In this document: piece after piece, positions 62,156 through 64,000 of the stretch
Layout of the letters: the number at the start of each line of letters is the position of its first letter
How positions within the stretch are numbered: position 1 is the stretch's first letter
Source of the DNA: Anaerolinea sp.
GTDB taxonomy: Bacteria; Chloroflexota; Anaerolineae; Promineifilales; Promineifilaceae
DNA: 64,000 nucleotides
Direction of reading: 5' to 3'
NCBI GenBank assembly: GCA_014879875.1
Contig: JACSRF010000600.1
Location: forward strand, 3,005-67,004
Translations under genes and position numbers: made by a program
Notes under the pieces: model-generated
Seen by the model: the letters and a program-made list of their open reading frames with translations, nothing else
Database searches by the model: none
What the model was told of the DNA's origin: nothing

Positions 62156-64000
62156 TCAGGGCAATGCGTAACAGTTGCCTGTCCCCTGGATAACCGTATG
62201 GTCATGGTTCGCCACCAGGACACAGAGTTGGGTTGCCGCTGCTGGCCGGTCGGCCAGGCCGTAGCCGATGAACGGGCTGGGGCCGCCGTAGACGAACCAG
62301 GGGCCGCTGCCCGGCACGCCCGCCTGCTCCGGCGGCACGGTATTGAAGAAGAAGTGGACGTGGGTGTGCATCACGTCAGGCGTGAAGCCATAGGTCTGGA
62401 AGGCCACGCTGTACTGGTTGCCATCCAGGGAGATGCCGGTGATTTCAGCGTATTGGCCCGGCGCGGCGTAGTTGTTGAGAATGAGGGGGAGGAAGAGCGT
62501 ATTGCTGCCTTCCACCAAGACGTATTGCGTCAGCAAGGGCGTCTCCAGAATGCAGTGAACCAGTTGCGCGCTGCTGTCGGTGTTGCAAGAGACCCCGCCG
62601 CTTTGCCAACGGCCGTCTTCCCAATAACGCAGCGTCAACCGATCCAGGTTTAGCCCGGCCACATCGTTCGGGTCATAGCTCAGGCTGACGTGGGCCGTCT
62701 CGTAGAGGCGATAATTGCTCAACAGGCTGTTTTCCTGGTAAGCGTCCAGGTAGAAAGCGCGGCCGGCGTAGGGCAGGTCGCCCAGGCTGGCAGGCAGGCC
62801 GGTTTCCTCATAGGTCACAAGCGTATCGGCGAAGACGGAACCGCCGGGTAAGGTGAGTTGGCTGCCGCTGGCACTCAACGTGCCAGTGGTCACGGCCGTT
62901 AACCACACCTGCGCGTCCACAATTCGCGTCGGCACGGGGCTGTCGTTTTGCGCCATGAAGCCGCCGTCTGCCGTCACGCTGTAATCATCGTTGACCACAT
63001 CGTTGCTGGCGCTGACGGTGAAGGTGAGAACGGCCGTTTGCCCATACCCACCTAACTCAGGAATCGTCCACTGCACCTCATTCCCCACCAGCGCGCCGCC
63101 GCCCAGATAAGTCACTCCAGCAGGCAGCACATCTCGCACCAGCAAGTTGGTCGCCGTCAGCGCGCCGCTGTTGACGACGGTCAGGGTGTAGGTGAAGGGT
63201 TGGTTGGGAACGGCCGTTGCCGGGCCAACCTTACTGATGCTCAAATCCGGGTCAGGGCCGCTGCTGATGCGCGCGGACTGGATCGCCCCGGCAAACGCGC
63301 CGCAGTTCGCCGCCTGCACAGAGATGATCTGCTCCCCGGCCTGGTCAAAGCGGAAGGCGGCATTGGGGAAACCTTGCCCCGTCTCCGGCTCTGGCGTCCA
63401 GGTGAAGGTGATGGGGATGGAGGCATTGAGAGGGGAAACGGCCGTGCTAAACAGCAGCAGTTCATCCACCAACCCCGTATTCGGCCCGCTCAGCGTCACG
63501 TCAGCCACGGCCACACCACACCCGGCTGGTAATATGGTGAAACTGCCCAGCACATCCCCGTCTTGCACATTGGGGGCCTCCCCGTCGCCGCTCTTGCTGT
63601 CCACGCGGAATTCTACATTGTAGACGCCGATGGCCGCCGGGCCAAAGGTCAACGTCGGCGTCATAACTGCCGTCAGGCCAGAGCCAGAAAAACTGCTGGT
63701 TGCCAGGTGCAACGATACCGTGTCGGTCAGAACCAGGGTCAGGTTTTCGCCCGGTAAGCCTTCGCCCATAATTTCCTCGGAGGCATTGAGCAGCCGGTAG
63801 AAACTGCCCGCTCCTGGCTGTTCGACGACGCGCACCCAGGCGGCCGTTTCGCCCGCCTCATTCCGCAGGCGCATATCCATGTACTGCATATCCCGCCACG
63901 TGCCGGTGGTGATCGGGGCCGTCCAGCTAATGGCAAAGGTCTGACTTACGCCCACGCTGATGCTGCTGCCCGATTCGGGATGGAGTAAGCTGCTTTCCCC
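62156..64000 (-). CDS. DUF11/conserved-repeat-type secreted protein, C-terminal part (5' end probably outside the window)
   Basis: The ORF is open to the window edge, and the listed M at 63955 is a GTG. DLSISKVGPATAVPNQPFTYTLTVVNSGALTATNLLVRDVLPAGVTYL is a DUF11-like repeat. There is an internal LFLPLILNN motif and a 104-aa C-terminal domain. Confidence 0.75.
   Translation of the reverse strand, partial: GESSLLHPESGSSISVGVSQTFAISWTAPITTGTWRDMQYMDMRLRNEAGETAAWVRVVEQPGAGSFYRLLNASEEIMGEGLPGENLTLVLTDTVSLHLATSSFSGSGLTAVMTPTLTFGPAAIGVYNVEFRVDSKSGDGEAPNVQDGDVLGSFTILPAGCGVAVADVTLSGPNTGLVDELLLFSTAVSPLNASIPITFTWTPEPETGQGFPNAAFRFDQAGEQIISVQAANCGAFAGAIQSARISSGPDPDLSISKVGPATAVPNQPFTYTLTVVNSGALTATNLLVRDVLPAGVTYLGGGALVGNEVQWTIPELGGYGQTAVLTFTVSASNDVVNDDYSVTADGGFMAQNDSPVPTRIVDAQVWLTAVTTGTLSASGSQLTLPGGSVFADTLVTYEETGLPASLGDLPYAGRAFYLDAYQENSLLSNYRLYETAHVSLSYDPNDVAGLNLDRLTLRYWEDGRWQSGGVSCNTDSSAQLVHCILETPLLTQYVLVEGSNTLFLPLILNNYAAPGQYAEITGISLDGNQYSVAFQTYGFTPDVMHTHVHFFFNTVPPEQAGVPGSGPWFVYGGPSPFIGYGLADRPAAATQLCVLVANHDHTVIQGTGNCYALP

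Noticed and set aside
1-64000. tRNA, rRNA, tmRNA, RNase P, transposase, integrase or prophage genes
   Set aside because: I looked for T-loop-like GGTTCGAATCC-type strings, RNase P GGAAAGTCC, and for integrase or transposase-like ORFs. None were found. The window looks like core chromosome rather than a mobile island.

Overview
64 kb of a moderately GC-rich bacterial chromosome. By impression the GC content is in the high 50s percent, and the protein repertoire suggests a Chloroflexota-like filamentous organism (low-confidence guess). Coding density is about 90%. I support about 50 CDS and 2 pseudogenes. I found no rRNA, tRNA, CRISPR array, transposase, integrase or prophage.

Gene content is mostly housekeeping:
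- acyl-CoA dehydrogenase with etfBA
- rsgA, tgt, rsmF, coaE, plsC, ubiX, yhaM
- tsaC-prmC, cysC/sat, gdhA, ssb

Interspersed with these are envelope and secreted-protein genes:
- one GT4 and two GT39/ArnT-like glycosyltransferases
- a 1342-aa modular repeat protein
- a choice-of-anchor-Q-like beta-helix protein
- a DUF11-like protein

There is also a small RNA-modification and defence-remnant cluster at 15.6-20.3 kb. It holds an FmrO/Rmt-type 16S rRNA m7G1405 methyltransferase, a decayed ATPase-DUF4276 cassette, a divergent Tgt, RsmF, and an HNH nuclease with an in-frame stop.

The most unusual signals are at the DNA level rather than in any one gene:
1. The 8-bp palindrome ACGGCCGT occurs roughly 95 times, against an expectation of about 2. 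This is analogous to HIP1 of cyanobacteria.
2. Nearly every intergenic spacer is built from 7-bp-periodic tandem repeats (CGGTAAT/CCGTAAT/CGGTTCA and similar), often arranged as hairpins.
3. Several short dispersed elements recur: GACCTGTCAGGTC terminator hairpins (including a degenerate copy inside rsmF), a ~35-nt element at 2.75 kb and 59.8 kb, and GCTTTAGC-core elements.
4. Secreted proteins share a recurrent tail motif, (Y/F)LP(V/L)(V/I)x(R/N).

I did not find a clear multi-gene novel system (defence island, biosynthetic cluster or similar). All counts were made by eye and need recomputation.
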